This document shows, piece after piece, positions 10,633 through 20,512 of a DNA stretch of 64,000 bases. Location: assembly GCA_963794325.1 (NCBI GenBank), contig CAWCDG010000007.1, forward strand, positions 1 through 64,000, in the 5' to 3' direction. The stretch is from an uncultured delta proteobacterium (lineage in GTDB: Bacteria; Desulfobacterota; Binatia; Binatales; Binataceae). The translations under genes and the position numbers were made by a program. The notes beneath the pieces were generated by a model. That model was not told the origin of the DNA, ran no database searches, and saw nothing but the letters and a program-made list of their open reading frames with translations. Numbering within the stretch: the stretch's first letter is position 1; every line of letters starts with the position of its first letter.

Positions 10633-11661
10633 ATGCAAAATGACTGGCGAGACCTGATCAAACCCAAGACTGTCGAGTTCGACGAGAAGGAAGTCACTCC
10701 TTCCTACGGCAAATTTTCCGCGGAACCGCTCGAACGCGGCTACGGAATCACCGTTGGCAACGCGCTGCGGCGCATCCTGCTGTCCACGCTGCCCGGCTAC
10801 GCGATTACGGCAGTCAGGATCAAAAACGTACTGCACGAGTTCTCGACTCTGGCCGGCGTCAAGGAGGACGTGACCGACATCGTCCTCAACCTCAAGGAAA
10901 TCCGTCTCCGCCTGCATGAAGGCGAGCAGATTACCGCGACCCTCAAGGTCAAGGGCGAGGCGCAAGTCACCGCACGCGACATTACCGGCGGACCAAGCCT
11001 CGAAATTCTGACCCCCGACAAGCATATCGCGTCGCTCGACAAGGGCGCCGACCTCGATATGGAACTCGTCATCAAGCGCGGCCGCGGCTACGTTCCCGGC
11101 GAGCGCACCGAAGACGAGGAAGCAATCGGCACGATTCGCCTCGACGCGATCTTCTCGCCGATTCGCAAAGTTAATTTCACCGTCACTAACGCGCGCGTCG
11201 GCCAGCGTACCGACTACGACCGCCTCGCGCTCGAAATATGGACCGACGGCTCGATCAACCCGCGCGAGGCGCTCACTTACGCGGCGCGCGTGATGCGCGA
11301 TCAGATGACGATTTTCGCTGGTGTCGAAGAAGAAGCCGAAGTGCCCGCCGGCGCAGTCGAAGGCGGCGAGGCTCGTCCCTCGATGAGCGAGCTGCTCTAT
11401 CGTCCGGTCGAAGGCCTGCCGATTTCGGTGCGCGCGTTCAACGGATTGCAGAACGCCGACATCAAATACATCGGCGAGCTCGTCCAGCGCACCGAGCAGG
11501 ACATGCTGAAAATCAAAAACTTCGGCCGCAAGTCCCTCAACGAGATCAAGGAAGTCCTCGCCGACATGGGCCTCTCGCTCGGCATGCGCCTCGAGAATCT
11601 GCCGCCGCGCGGCGAGCTCGACCGCATGTGGGAAGAGCAAGAACGCCGCGAGTCGGCGTAA
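10633..11661 (+). CDS. rpoA: DNA-directed RNA polymerase subunit alpha
   Basis: EPLERGYGITVGNALRRILLS, ARVGQRTDYDRL, KNFGRKSLNEIK. Confidence 0.99.
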   Translation: MQNDWRDLIKPKTVEFDEKEVTPSYGKFSAEPLERGYGITVGNALRRILLSTLPGYAITAVRIKNVLHEFSTLAGVKEDVTDIVLNLKEIRLRLHEGEQITATLKVKGEAQVTARDITGGPSLEILTPDKHIASLDKGADLDMELVIKRGRGYVPGERTEDEEAIGTIRLDAIFSPIRKVNFTVTNARVGQRTDYDRLALEIWTDGSINPREALTYAARVMRDQMTIFAGVEEEAEVPAGAVEGGEARPSMSELLYRPVEGLPISVRAFNGLQNADIKYIGELVQRTEQDMLKIKNFGRKSLNEIKEVLADMGLSLGMRLENLPPRGELDRMWEEQERRESA

Positions 11662-11708
11662 AGTCCGACGGGAATCCGCATAGCGGGTTGTAAGGTTTGG
11701 TGTAACTG

Positions 11709-12161
11709 ATGCGTCATCTCAATTCGGGCCGCAAGCTCAATCGCACCTCGGCGCATCGTAAGGCGCTGTTCAAGAACATGGTGCTCGCGCTGATTCGTCA
11801 CGAACGAATCAAGACCACCGATCCCAAGGCCAAGGAGCTGCGGCGCATCGCCGATCGGATGGTCACGCTCGGCAAGCAGAACGATCTCGCCGCGCGACGC
11901 CGCGCGTTCGCGGCGTTGCAATCGCATGATGCGGTCAAAAAGCTGTTCGACGAGATTGCGCCGCGCTTCAAGGATCGCAATGGCGGCTACACGCGCGTGA
12001 TCAAATTCGGTCATCGCCGCGGCGACGCGACGATGATGTCGGTGATCGAGTTCACCGGCCAGGAAGAGCAGACCAAGACCAAGAAGCCGCGCAAGCGCTC
12101 GGCCGCCAAGAAAGAGGGCGCGACCACCGAGCGTCCGCGTCGCGCCGCCGCCGCCGGCTGA
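11709..12161 (+). CDS. rplQ: 50S ribosomal protein L17 with basic C-terminal tail
   Basis: [35 protein letters not shown]. Confidence 0.98.
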   Translation: MRHLNSGRKLNRTSAHRKALFKNMVLALIRHERIKTTDPKAKELRRIADRMVTLGKQNDLAARRRAFAALQSHDAVKKLFDEIAPRFKDRNGGYTRVIKFGHRRGDATMMSVIEFTGQEEQTKTKKPRKRSAAKKEGATTERPRRAAAAG

Positions 12162-12184
12162 TCCTACTCAAACGTCAATACGTG

Positions 12185-12220
12185 AAAGGGCACGAAGATA
12201 ATCTCTTCGTGCCCTTTTTA
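12185..12220. terminator. Intrinsic terminator of the alpha operon, probably bidirectional
   Basis: Perfect 14-bp stem AAAGGGCACGAAGA (12185-12198) / TCTTCGTGCCCTTT (12204-12217) ending in a T run; lies between convergent genes. Confidence 0.85.
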
Positions 12221-12222
12221 TC

Positions 12223-12471
12223 TTACCCGATGCTCTCCAGCAGCTGTGCACGAATCGCCATGTGCGCGCTCTTGAGCCCCGACAGTATTCCGTCTTCGAA
12301 GTTCCACTCTCCGCTCGCCATCAGGTCGGCGAAGTCGTTCGGATTGCGAATGTCCTCTGTGGTGAGGCCCGGATGAATCGCGCGCGCCATCGCGAGCACC
12401 TTGCTCTCCTGCTGCGCGATCATCTCGAGCATCAGGCGATCGATTAGTGCCAGTGTCTCGCGCGTGGCCAT
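12223..12471 (-). CDS. Small hypothetical protein (82 aa), divergent from tldD
   Basis: MATRETLALIDRLMLEMIAQQESK...LTTEDIRNPNDF...FEDGILSGL; helical, protein-like composition; fills the gap between the terminator and tldD. Confidence 0.7.
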   Translation of the reverse strand: MATRETLALIDRLMLEMIAQQESKVLAMARAIHPGLTTEDIRNPNDFADLMASGEWNFEDGILSGLKSAHMAIRAQLLESIG

Positions 12472-12548
12472 CCGCGAATCGTAACGGATCGAGCACCTTC
12501 TTGGCGAGTCCGCGCTTTGATATTGTTGATTCATAGGCGGCAAATATA

Positions 12549-13997
12549 ATGTCCAACGAACTGGTTGCTCCCGATAAATTTTTCCTGAATCGATTCGGCA
12601 TGAATCACGGCGCGCTCGAGCGAATCCTCGGCAGCGCGCTCGAACGCAAGGCCGACTACGCCGATCTCTACTTCGAGTACAAAAGCAGTGAAGGGCTCGC
12701 GCTCGAAGAATCGATGGTGAATCACACCAGCAAAAGCGTCAGCCACGGCGTCGGCGTGCGTGTGTGTGCCGAGGATCGCACCGGCTACGCGTACTCCGAC
12801 GAGGTCACGATCGACCGGATGCGCCTTGCGGCCGAAGCTGCTCGCGCTATCGCCGATCAGCGCGGTACGGCGCCCGCTGCGGTGCAGGTCGGCACTCCGG
12901 TCCAGCGCCATGCGCTGTACGATCTCCCCAGCACGCCGCTCGACGTTCCAGTGCAGGATCGCGCCAGGCTGCTGAGCGAGATCGATCGTATCGCGCGCGC
13001 CGCCGATCCTCGCGTGAAGAACGTGATGGCGTCGTTCGCGTGCGAGCGCAAAATCGTGATGATCGTGAAAAGCGACGGCCAGGTCGCCGCGGACGTGCAG
13101 CCGCTGTGCCGGCTCAACGTCACCGTGATCGCCGACGACGGCAAGGGCCGCCAGGTTGGCTCCTACGGCGGCGGTGGGCGCGTCGAATGGAACTATTTCA
13201 TCGAGAATGATCGATGGCGCGAGTACGCGCTCGAAGCTGCGCGGCAAGCGATCGTGAACCTCGACGCGGTCGATGCGCCCGCGGGCGAGACAGTCGTCGT
13301 GCTCGGCCCCGGATGGCCCGGAATTCTGCTGCACGAAGCGATTGGCCACGGTCTCGAAGGCGATTTCAACCGCAAGAAGACCTCGGCGTTCGCAGATCGA
13401 ATCGGCCAGAAAGTCGCGAGCGAACTCTGCACCGTGATCGACGACGGCACGATTCCGAATCGCCGCGGCAGCCTGAACGTTGACGACGAAGGCACTCCTA
13501 CTTCGCGCACGGTGCTGATCGAAAAGGGAATCCTGCGCGGCTATCTGCAGGATCGGATGAACGCGCGGCTCATGAAGATGGAGCCGACCGGCAACGGACG
13601 CCGCGAGAGCTTTGCGCATTCGCCGATGCCTCGAATGACCAATACCTTCATGCTCAACGGCGAATCGACGCCCGAGGATATTCTCAAGTCGGTTAAGAAA
13701 GGCCTCTATGCCGTCAACTTCGGCGGCGGACAGGTCGATATCACTAACGGCAAATTTGTCTTTTCAGCGAGTGAGGCATACCTGATCGAGGACGGCCAGG
13801 TGACGCGGCCCGTAAAGGGCGCGACGCTTATCGGCAACGGCCCCGACGTGCTGACTCGCGTCTCGATGGTCGGCAACGACCTCGCTCTCGACGCGGGCGT
13901 CGGCACCTGCGGCAAGGACGGCCAATCGGTGCCGGTGGGCGTGGGACTGCCGACGATTCGCATCGACGGCATAACAGTCGGCGGCACACGCGCCTGA
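12549..13997 (+). CDS. tldD: Metalloprotease TldD
   Basis: PGILLHEAIGHGLEGDFNRK, PMPRMTNT, CGKDGQSVPVGVG. Confidence 0.96.
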   Translation: MSNELVAPDKFFLNRFGMNHGALERILGSALERKADYADLYFEYKSSEGLALEESMVNHTSKSVSHGVGVRVCAEDRTGYAYSDEVTIDRMRLAAEAARAIADQRGTAPAAVQVGTPVQRHALYDLPSTPLDVPVQDRARLLSEIDRIARAADPRVKNVMASFACERKIVMIVKSDGQVAADVQPLCRLNVTVIADDGKGRQVGSYGGGGRVEWNYFIENDRWREYALEAARQAIVNLDAVDAPAGETVVVLGPGWPGILLHEAIGHGLEGDFNRKKTSAFADRIGQKVASELCTVIDDGTIPNRRGSLNVDDEGTPTSRTVLIEKGILRGYLQDRMNARLMKMEPTGNGRRESFAHSPMPRMTNTFMLNGESTPEDILKSVKKGLYAVNFGGGQVDITNGKFVFSASEAYLIEDGQVTRPVKGATLIGNGPDVLTRVSMVGNDLALDAGVGTCGKDGQSVPVGVGLPTIRIDGITVGGTRA

Positions 13998-14025
13998 CAA
14001 TCCGAATGACAGCGGGAAAAATCTG

Positions 14026-15375
14026 ATGGCGACGATTGATATCGGGCTCGCCAACTGGGTGCTCGAAGAGGCGAAACGGAAAGGCGCCAGCGCGGCGGAA
14101 GTCTTGTGCGTAAGCGCTGAGTCGCTCGAGGCTGGCGTGCGCATGGGGGAGGTCGAGAAACTCAAAAGCTCGCGCGAGCGGCGCCTCGGACTGCGCGTGT
14201 TTTGCGGCCAGTCATCCGCCACTTCGTCGACTGCCGAACTCGAACGCGATTCGCTCGGCGCCTTCGTCGCGAGCACGGTCGAACTCGCGCGCTTGTCGGC
14301 TGCCGATCCATGGGCGGGATTGCCCGACCCTCACCTGCATCCGAAATCGTTGCCCGAGCTTTCTCTCGCGGATCCGGACAGCGGAATAGTTTCTGCGGAT
14401 CGCGCACTCGAAATTGCGCGCACCGGCGAGAACGCGGCACTGAAATTCGATCCGCGCATCAAAAATTCCGGCGGCGCTGAATTCGGCTCCGGCCGCTACC
14501 AGGTCCTGTTCGCCAACAGCCAGGGCTTCTCCGGCGACTATGCCGGCACTTCGTACAGCCTGGTGGTGGCGCCGATCGCGCAGGATGGCGACGCGATGCA
14601 ACAGGGGTACTGGTACACCTCGAATCGCCGCTTCGGGAAACTGGAAGATGCGGAGTCGGTCGGCGTTACCTCGGCCAAGCGCGCATTGCGCCGGCTCGGC
14701 GCACGCAAGATCAAGACGACGCACGCACCGGTGGTCTTCGATCCCGACATGGCCGCCGGCTTGATTCGATCGATCGTCGGCGCCGCGTCAGGGCCCGCAT
14801 TATATAAAGGAGCGTCGTTCCTGATCGGGCAGTTGGGCAAAACGATCGGGGCTTCGAACGTCACCATCGTCGACGACGCGCTGATTCCCGGCGGCCTCGG
14901 CTCGAAGCCTTTCGACGGCGAGGGCCTGCCGACCTCGCGCAAGAACGTGTTTGACAAGGGCGTGCTCGCAACCTACCTGCTCGACTCATATTCGGCGCGC
15001 AAACTCGGCCTCAGTCCGACCGGCAACGCCGCGCGTTCCGTCGGCGAGGCTCCCAGCGTCTCGACTACCAATCTGTATCTTGAGCCGGGCAGCTACACGC
15101 CCGCGCAGATCATCGGCTCAGTGAAAAATGGTCTCTACCTCACCGAGACCATCGGTTTCGGCGTGAACATGGTTACCGGCGACTATTCGCGCGGCGCAGG
15201 CGGAATCTGGATCGAGAACGGCGAACTCGCCTACCCAGTGCAGGAGATCACAATCGCGGGCAACCTGAAGGACATGATCGCCGGCGTCGAGATGATCGGC
15301 AACGATCTCAACTGGCGATCATCGACCGTCGCGCCCACCATCAAGATTGCCGAGATGACGGTCGCCGGCGCCTGA
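14026..15375 (+). CDS. pmbA: Metalloprotease TldE/PmbA
   Basis: PFDGEG, GVNMVTGDYSRGA, PVQEITIAGNL; directly after tldD. Confidence 0.93.
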   Translation: MATIDIGLANWVLEEAKRKGASAAEVLCVSAESLEAGVRMGEVEKLKSSRERRLGLRVFCGQSSATSSTAELERDSLGAFVASTVELARLSAADPWAGLPDPHLHPKSLPELSLADPDSGIVSADRALEIARTGENAALKFDPRIKNSGGAEFGSGRYQVLFANSQGFSGDYAGTSYSLVVAPIAQDGDAMQQGYWYTSNRRFGKLEDAESVGVTSAKRALRRLGARKIKTTHAPVVFDPDMAAGLIRSIVGAASGPALYKGASFLIGQLGKTIGASNVTIVDDALIPGGLGSKPFDGEGLPTSRKNVFDKGVLATYLLDSYSARKLGLSPTGNAARSVGEAPSVSTTNLYLEPGSYTPAQIIGSVKNGLYLTETIGFGVNMVTGDYSRGAGGIWIENGELAYPVQEITIAGNLKDMIAGVEMIGNDLNWRSSTVAPTIKIAEMTVAGA

Positions 15376-15497
15376 GCGCGCCCGGCGCCAACCTTTAACT
15401 GGCCTTTATCTCTCGCTTGACCTAACTGCACCCCTGGGCTAACTATTTGTAGGGTTTAATTACACACCGGCCGTCATATGGCGCAGCCGATGGGGAG

Positions 15498-16334
15498 ATG
15501 CCTATGAATCTTCAGGTTTCGGCACAAGCTCAGGAAAGGCTGCTGACCAAGCTCTCATCGATGGGGCTTCCGCGATCCGCGGCGACAGCACTCTTCGAGC
15601 GTCACATGCTCGTGCGCTATCCGAGGGGCGCCGAGCTATTCACGATGGGCTCGCCGGCCGACGTCGTCTTCGCCGTGCTGACGGGCCTCGTCAAGGTCCA
15701 CAGTTCGCGAGCCGGCAGCGATCCGGTGTTGGTCGAGCTGGCCGGTCCCGGCGACCTCGTCGGATACGCCGATTTCGCCGACGCTGACGGCGCGCGTTCG
15801 CAGCTTTTCGAGGCGACCGCGCTGACCAACACCTGTGTTGCGCTGTTCACCCGTCATCAGATCGCTGAAGTGCTCAAGGGCCTCCAGCCGGAGGCGCTGC
15901 TGCGGATCACAGAGGCGATCAATACGATGTGGTCGTCGGTCGTTTACCGCTACGCGACGTTCCTGGGAATGTCGCTGCGCAAGCGGCTCGAGATTGTTCT
16001 CGGCGAATTGGCTGAACGCTTCGGCGTGCCTGATTCGCGGGGAACTCTGCTCCTGCCCGAGCTCGCGCAGGAAGAACTCGCGGAGATGATCGGTAGTTCG
16101 CGCCCGATGGTCAGCAAGCTTCTTACCGAGATGACCGAGCGCGGTATGCTGATTCGCGAGGGACGCCGTCACATCCTGCTCGCAGTTCAGAAACCGGCGG
16201 ACACAGTTGCGGCGTCCACTCCACGGGAACCCAGCCTGCATCCCGCGTTCGAGCCCGCGCGATCGGCCACCCGCCGCGTACGCGCGGATCGCCGCGCGGT
16301 TCGCGTACCCGCCGCGCCGATCGTTAATATCTAG
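15498..16334 (+). CDS. Crp/Fnr-family transcriptional regulator
   Basis: cNMP-binding-like beta-barrel (YPRGAELF...GLVKV...GPGDLVG) and HTH LAQEELAEMIGSSRPMVSKLL. Confidence 0.88.
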   Translation: MPMNLQVSAQAQERLLTKLSSMGLPRSAATALFERHMLVRYPRGAELFTMGSPADVVFAVLTGLVKVHSSRAGSDPVLVELAGPGDLVGYADFADADGARSQLFEATALTNTCVALFTRHQIAEVLKGLQPEALLRITEAINTMWSSVVYRYATFLGMSLRKRLEIVLGELAERFGVPDSRGTLLLPELAQEELAEMIGSSRPMVSKLLTEMTERGMLIREGRRHILLAVQKPADTVAASTPREPSLHPAFEPARSATRRVRADRRAVRVPAAPIVNI

Positions 16335-16361
16335 CTCGCCTCTCTTAAGGAGAAGCACTGA

Positions 16362-16399
16362 TGCGCCCGACTGTGAACCTCGCAGTCGGGCGCAGCTTT
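16362..16399 (+). terminator. Hairpin after the Crp/Fnr gene, probable terminator
   Basis: TGCGCCCGACTGTG / CGCAGTCGGGCGCA stem, 5-nt loop, followed by GCTTT (weak U tract). Confidence 0.55.
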
Positions 16400-16428
16400 G
16401 ATCACCGCCGTTCGGGTGAACTTCCCAT

Positions 16429-16456
16429 TTGACCAAAACCGGAAAGTGGTTAGGTT
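16429..16456 (+). promoter_or_regulatory. Putative sigma70 promoter of clpB
   Basis: TTGACC-N16-TAGGTT, ending 11 nt before ATG 16468. Confidence 0.4.
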
Positions 16457-16467
16457 TAAGGGGTCAC

Positions 16468-19080
16468 ATGAACGCCAACCGGTTTACCGAAAAACTTCAG
16501 GAAGCGCTCGGCCGCGCGCAGAACGCCGCACTCAGCGCCCATAACCAGGCCGTTGACGTCGAGCATTTGCTCGCGTCGCTGCTCGAAGACAACGAAGGCT
16601 TGGCGTCGTCGATTCTCAAGCTTACGGGTGCCGACCGTGACGCGGTGAGTCATAAGGTTGAGGCTGAACTCGCCAAAATCCCAAAGGTAACCGGCGGCGG
16701 CGCCGACAGCGGACAGGTCTACGCGACTCAGCGTCTCGGCCGCGTGCTCGCGCGTGCCGAAAAGGAAGCGGGCAAGCTCAAGGACGAGTATGTCTCCGTC
16801 GAGCACGTGTTGATCGCGATGCTCGATGAACCCGGCGCTGCTTCGAAAATTCTGCGCGAAGCTGGTTTGACTCACGACAAGTTGATGGCGGTCCTCAAGA
16901 AGGTCCGCGGCAATCAGCGCGTCACCTCGTCGAACCCCGAAACGACTTACCAGTCGCTCGAAAAGTATGGTCGCGATCTGACTGAACTCGCCGCAGCCGG
17001 CAAGATCGATCCGGTCATCGGACGCGACGAGGAAATTCGCCGCGTGATCCAGGTCCTCTCGCGACGCACCAAGAATAACCCGGTGCTGATCGGCGAGCCG
17101 GGCGTCGGCAAAACCGCGATTGTCGAAGGATTGGCGCGCCGTATCGTCCAGGGCGATGTGCCCGAGAGCCTTAAGAATCGCAAGCTGGTCGCGCTCGACA
17201 TGGGCGCGCTCATCGCAGGCGCCAAATTCCGCGGCGAGTTCGAGGAACGTCTCAAGGCCGTCCTGAAAGAAGTGAAGGAAGCCGAGGGCGAGATAATTTT
17301 GTTCATCGACGAGTTGCATACTGTCGTCGGTGCGGGCGCTGCGGAAGGCGCGATGGATGCGTCGAACCTGCTCAAGCCGATGCTGGCGCGGGGCGAACTG
17401 CATTGTATCGGCGCGACCACGCTCGACGAGTATCGCAAATATATCGAGAAGGACGCTGCGCTCGAGCGCCGCTTCCAGCCTGTGATGGTCGAGGAGCCGA
17501 GCGTCGAGGACACAATCTCGATTCTGCGCGGGCTCAAGGAGCGCTACGAGGTCCATCACGGAATTCGAATCAAGGACTCCGCGTTGGTGGCCGCCGCGGT
17601 GCTCTCGAAACGCTACATCACCGATCGATTTCTGCCCGACAAGGCGATCGACCTGGTCGATGAAGCGGCGGCCAAGCTGCGTACCGAGAAGGAGTCGATG
17701 CCGGTTGAGATCGACGAGGTCAATCGGCGTGTGATGCAGCTCGAAATTGAGCGCGAGGCGCTCAAGCGCGAGTCCGATCAGGCGTCTCGCGACCGGCTGC
17801 AGAAACTCGAGAAGGAACTCGCCGAATTCAAGGAAAAGCGCGCGGGCCTGCAGGCACAGTGGGAAACCGAGACTGGCGGACTCGAAAAACTCGCAAAGAC
17901 TAAAGCCGAGATCGAACAGACCAAGCTCGCGATCGAAAAAGCCAAGCGCGAGTACGACCTGAACAAGGTCGCCGAGCTGCAGTACGGCACGCTCGCCTCG
18001 CTCGAGAAGCAGCTCGCCGAGGAAGAAGGTCAGCTCATCGAGAAGAACGCCGGCGGCAAGCGTCTGATCAAGGAAGAAGTCGACGAGGACGATATCGCCG
18101 AGGTCGTCTCGCGATGGACCGGGGTTCCGGTTTCGCGCCTCCTCGAAGGCGAGGTGCAAAAGCTCGCGCATCTCGAAGAGCATCTGCACAAACGAGTCAT
18201 CGGCCAGGACGAAGCGGTCACCGCCGTTGCCGACGCAGTGATTCGCGCACGATCGGGTTTGAAGGATCCCAACCGTCCGATCGGGTCGTTCATTTTTCTG
18301 GGACCCACCGGCGTCGGCAAAACCGAACTCGCGCGCGCACTGGCCGAGTTCCTCTTCGACAGCGAAGCCGCGATGATCCGAATCGACATGTCCGAGTACA
18401 TGGAGAAGCACACCGTCTCGCGATTGGTCGGCGCACCGCCGGGCTATGTTGGCTTCGACGAGGGCGGGCAACTGACCGAAGCAGTGCGACGCCGCCCGTA
18501 CTCGGTTATCCTGTTCGACGAGATCGAAAAAGCGCACGCCGACGTATTCAACGTCCTGCTGCAATTGCTCGACGACGGCCGGCTCACCGACGGTCACGGC
18601 CGTACGGTGGATTTTCGCAACACCGTCGTGATCATGACCTCGAATATCGCGAGCCAGATTATTCTCGGGTTCAAGGGGCAGGATTACGAGAAGATGAAGG
18701 AGCAGGCGCTCGAGGTCTTGCGACAGAGTTTCCGGCCCGAGTTCCTCAACCGCGTCGACGAGGTCGTCGTGTTCCATCCGCTGACTCGAGACGAGCTGCG
18801 CCAGATCGTCGATGTGCAGCTGGTCCGTCTGCGGCAGCGGCTCGAGGAGCGTAAGATCGAGCTCGAGTTGACCGACAAAGCGCGCGACTATCTGGCCGAG
18901 CGTGGCTACGACCCGTCGTACGGCGCGCGTCCGCTGAAGCGACTGATCCAGCGCGAACTCGAGACAACGCTGGGACGGAAGTTGCTATCGGGTGAGATTC
19001 GCGACAATTCGCGCGTCATAGTAGACGCCGGTGCGCGAGGCTTGGAGTTTTCCAGCAAGCCTCTCGCCAATGCCGACTAA
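16468..19080 (+). CDS. clpB: ATP-dependent disaggregase ClpB
   Basis: Two AAA+ modules ([16 protein letters not shown]), coiled-coil M domain with KVAELQYG; [14 protein letters not shown] start. Confidence 0.98.
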   Translation: MNANRFTEKLQEALGRAQNAALSAHNQAVDVEHLLASLLEDNEGLASSILKLTGADRDAVSHKVEAELAKIPKVTGGGADSGQVYATQRLGRVLARAEKEAGKLKDEYVSVEHVLIAMLDEPGAASKILREAGLTHDKLMAVLKKVRGNQRVTSSNPETTYQSLEKYGRDLTELAAAGKIDPVIGRDEEIRRVIQVLSRRTKNNPVLIGEPGVGKTAIVEGLARRIVQGDVPESLKNRKLVALDMGALIAGAKFRGEFEERLKAVLKEVKEAEGEIILFIDELHTVVGAGAAEGAMDASNLLKPMLARGELHCIGATTLDEYRKYIEKDAALERRFQPVMVEEPSVEDTISILRGLKERYEVHHGIRIKDSALVAAAVLSKRYITDRFLPDKAIDLVDEAAAKLRTEKESMPVEIDEVNRRVMQLEIEREALKRESDQASRDRLQKLEKELAEFKEKRAGLQAQWETETGGLEKLAKTKAEIEQTKLAIEKAKREYDLNKVAELQYGTLASLEKQLAEEEGQLIEKNAGGKRLIKEEVDEDDIAEVVSRWTGVPVSRLLEGEVQKLAHLEEHLHKRVIGQDEAVTAVADAVIRARSGLKDPNRPIGSFIFLGPTGVGKTELARALAEFLFDSEAAMIRIDMSEYMEKHTVSRLVGAPPGYVGFDEGGQLTEAVRRRPYSVILFDEIEKAHADVFNVLLQLLDDGRLTDGHGRTVDFRNTVVIMTSNIASQIILGFKGQDYEKMKEQALEVLRQSFRPEFLNRVDEVVVFHPLTRDELRQIVDVQLVRLRQRLEERKIELELTDKARDYLAERGYDPSYGARPLKRLIQRELETTLGRKLLSGEIRDNSRVIVDAGARGLEFSSKPLANAD

Positions 19081-19118
19081 GTAGCTGTTTCTTCAACATA
19101 TTTGAATGTGTCCGATCC

Positions 19119-19161
19119 GAGCGTCTGACGCTCTTGCTTGCCACAAAATAAGCGTTATACT
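19119..19161 (+). promoter_or_regulatory. Putative sigma70 promoter with abutting palindromic operator, upstream of the cupredoxin gene
   Basis: GAGCGTC-T-GACGCTC (19119-19133) directly followed by TTGCTT-N16-TATACT (19134-19161). Confidence 0.5.
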
Positions 19162-19286
19162 TTAGAGATAGTGATGCTCGCAGAGCGATGCAATTAGAAC
19201 TACTAATGTATGAATGGTGCGTCGCTGCTGCGGGTAAAAGAAATTAGTACCCCGGAGATAATCCGGCATTTCAAAAGGATGAGGTA

Positions 19287-19745
19287 ATGGCTAGTTCTAC
19301 AATCGATCTTCGCATCGCGTCCGCTGCTTCACGCAAGCCGCGCTCGCGAATTATTATCCGCATAGCAATCGTTATCGCCGCTCTCGCGGTCGCCGCGTCA
19401 CTCGCGTTGCTGCCCGATCCCGCCAAGGCCGCCGCCAATCCTGTTGTGATCAATATGGCCGACAAACAGCCCTTCTACGCGCCCGAAAAGGCCACGATAA
19501 GAGTCGGCGACACCGTGAAATGGGTGAACAACGGCGAGACGGTGCATTCTGTCTCGACCAGCGCAGCCAACGCGCAGAATCCCAAGGATACCTCGATGCC
19601 AAAAGGCGCGACCGCTTTTGACTCAGGCTTCATCCCGCCCGGCGGCGACTACAGCTACACTTTCACGGTCCCGGGCACCTATCGCTACTTTTGCCTTCCG
19701 CATGAAAAGGCGGGTATGGTCGGGATGATCGTCGTTAAGAAGTAG
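19287..19745 (+). CDS. Exported plastocyanin/azurin-family cupredoxin
   Basis: Signal-like N-terminus; type-1 copper ligands HSV...CLPHEKAGM (H, C-x2-H-x4-M). Confidence 0.9.
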   Translation: MASSTIDLRIASAASRKPRSRIIIRIAIVIAALAVAASLALLPDPAKAAANPVVINMADKQPFYAPEKATIRVGDTVKWVNNGETVHSVSTSAANAQNPKDTSMPKGATAFDSGFIPPGGDYSYTFTVPGTYRYFCLPHEKAGMVGMIVVKK

Positions 19746-19766
19746 CGACAGGAGCTTACCGGAAAC

Positions 19767-20315
19767 TTGATCGGTCCACTTCCCAGGACCATTCGCGCAG
19801 CGGGCTCGATGCTGGCGGCGGCAATTGCGATCACGATGTCGCCAGTGCCAGCGCTTTGTTTCCCGTGGAGTATCGACATGTACCGCGGGCCCGAGGTTCA
19901 GCCGTACGCCGAGTCGCCGCGCATCACTCCTGCCGACACGATTCCGGTGCATGGCGGAGAACCGCCGATGAATCTCGAGCAAGCGACGATCAAGATGCAC
20001 AACCCCTTGCAGCCGACGCCTGAAAACCTCGCCAAGGGCAAAGAGCAGTTCAACACCTACTGCGCTCCGTGCCACGGAGAATCGGGACGGGGTAACGGTC
20101 CGGTCGCGCATATCCTGGCAAAGCCGCCAAAGAATCTGATTTCTGGTACGAGCAAGGATCTCCCCGACGGGTACATCTACGGCGCGATTCGCGACGGTGT
20201 CCTGGTGATGCCTTCCTATGCCGAAGAAATGCCGGCCGATCAGCGCTGGCAGGTCGTGATGTACATCCGATCGATGCAAAGCGAAGCCACAAAGGCCAAA
20301 GTCGCCGGAAACTGA
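19767..20315 (+). CDS. Exported monoheme c-type cytochrome (ActE-like); start uncertain (TTG 19767 or ATG 19809)
   Basis: Single CxxCH (YCAPCHG), distal MPSY, W..V.Y helix; N-terminal DMY...QPY segment. Confidence 0.85.
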   Translation: MIGPLPRTIRAAGSMLAAAIAITMSPVPALCFPWSIDMYRGPEVQPYAESPRITPADTIPVHGGEPPMNLEQATIKMHNPLQPTPENLAKGKEQFNTYCAPCHGESGRGNGPVAHILAKPPKNLISGTSKDLPDGYIYGAIRDGVLVMPSYAEEMPADQRWQVVMYIRSMQSEATKAKVAGN

Positions 20316-20512
20316 CCTCGCACCTGGACGCCGCCCGTCCCCGCATAGTGCATTATGCGATGCGAAGGGTGCTTTCGGTCGTCGATCTAAATCTGTTTAA
20401 TCAATTGTCGATTGCAGGCTCGCCGTGGCTTAAGTAACCGGTGAATCACGGCGATGGAACCTTTCCGCGCCGCTGACGTATTGGAGTGGGCGGTGCGGAC
20501 TCAGGAGTTGCG

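Noticed and set aside
16456-18777. Long antisense ORFs (773 aa opposite clpB; others opposite rpoA, czcA, hpnJ, ggt and the CoA transferase)
   Set aside because: Mirror-frame shadows expected from GC-rich codon usage; no motifs, and they fully overlap well-supported genes.
20450-20490. GGCGATGG... resembling the start of a fluoride (crcB) riboswitch
   Set aside because: The pairing TCGCC and the downstream GCTRATGAC segment are not in the required positions.
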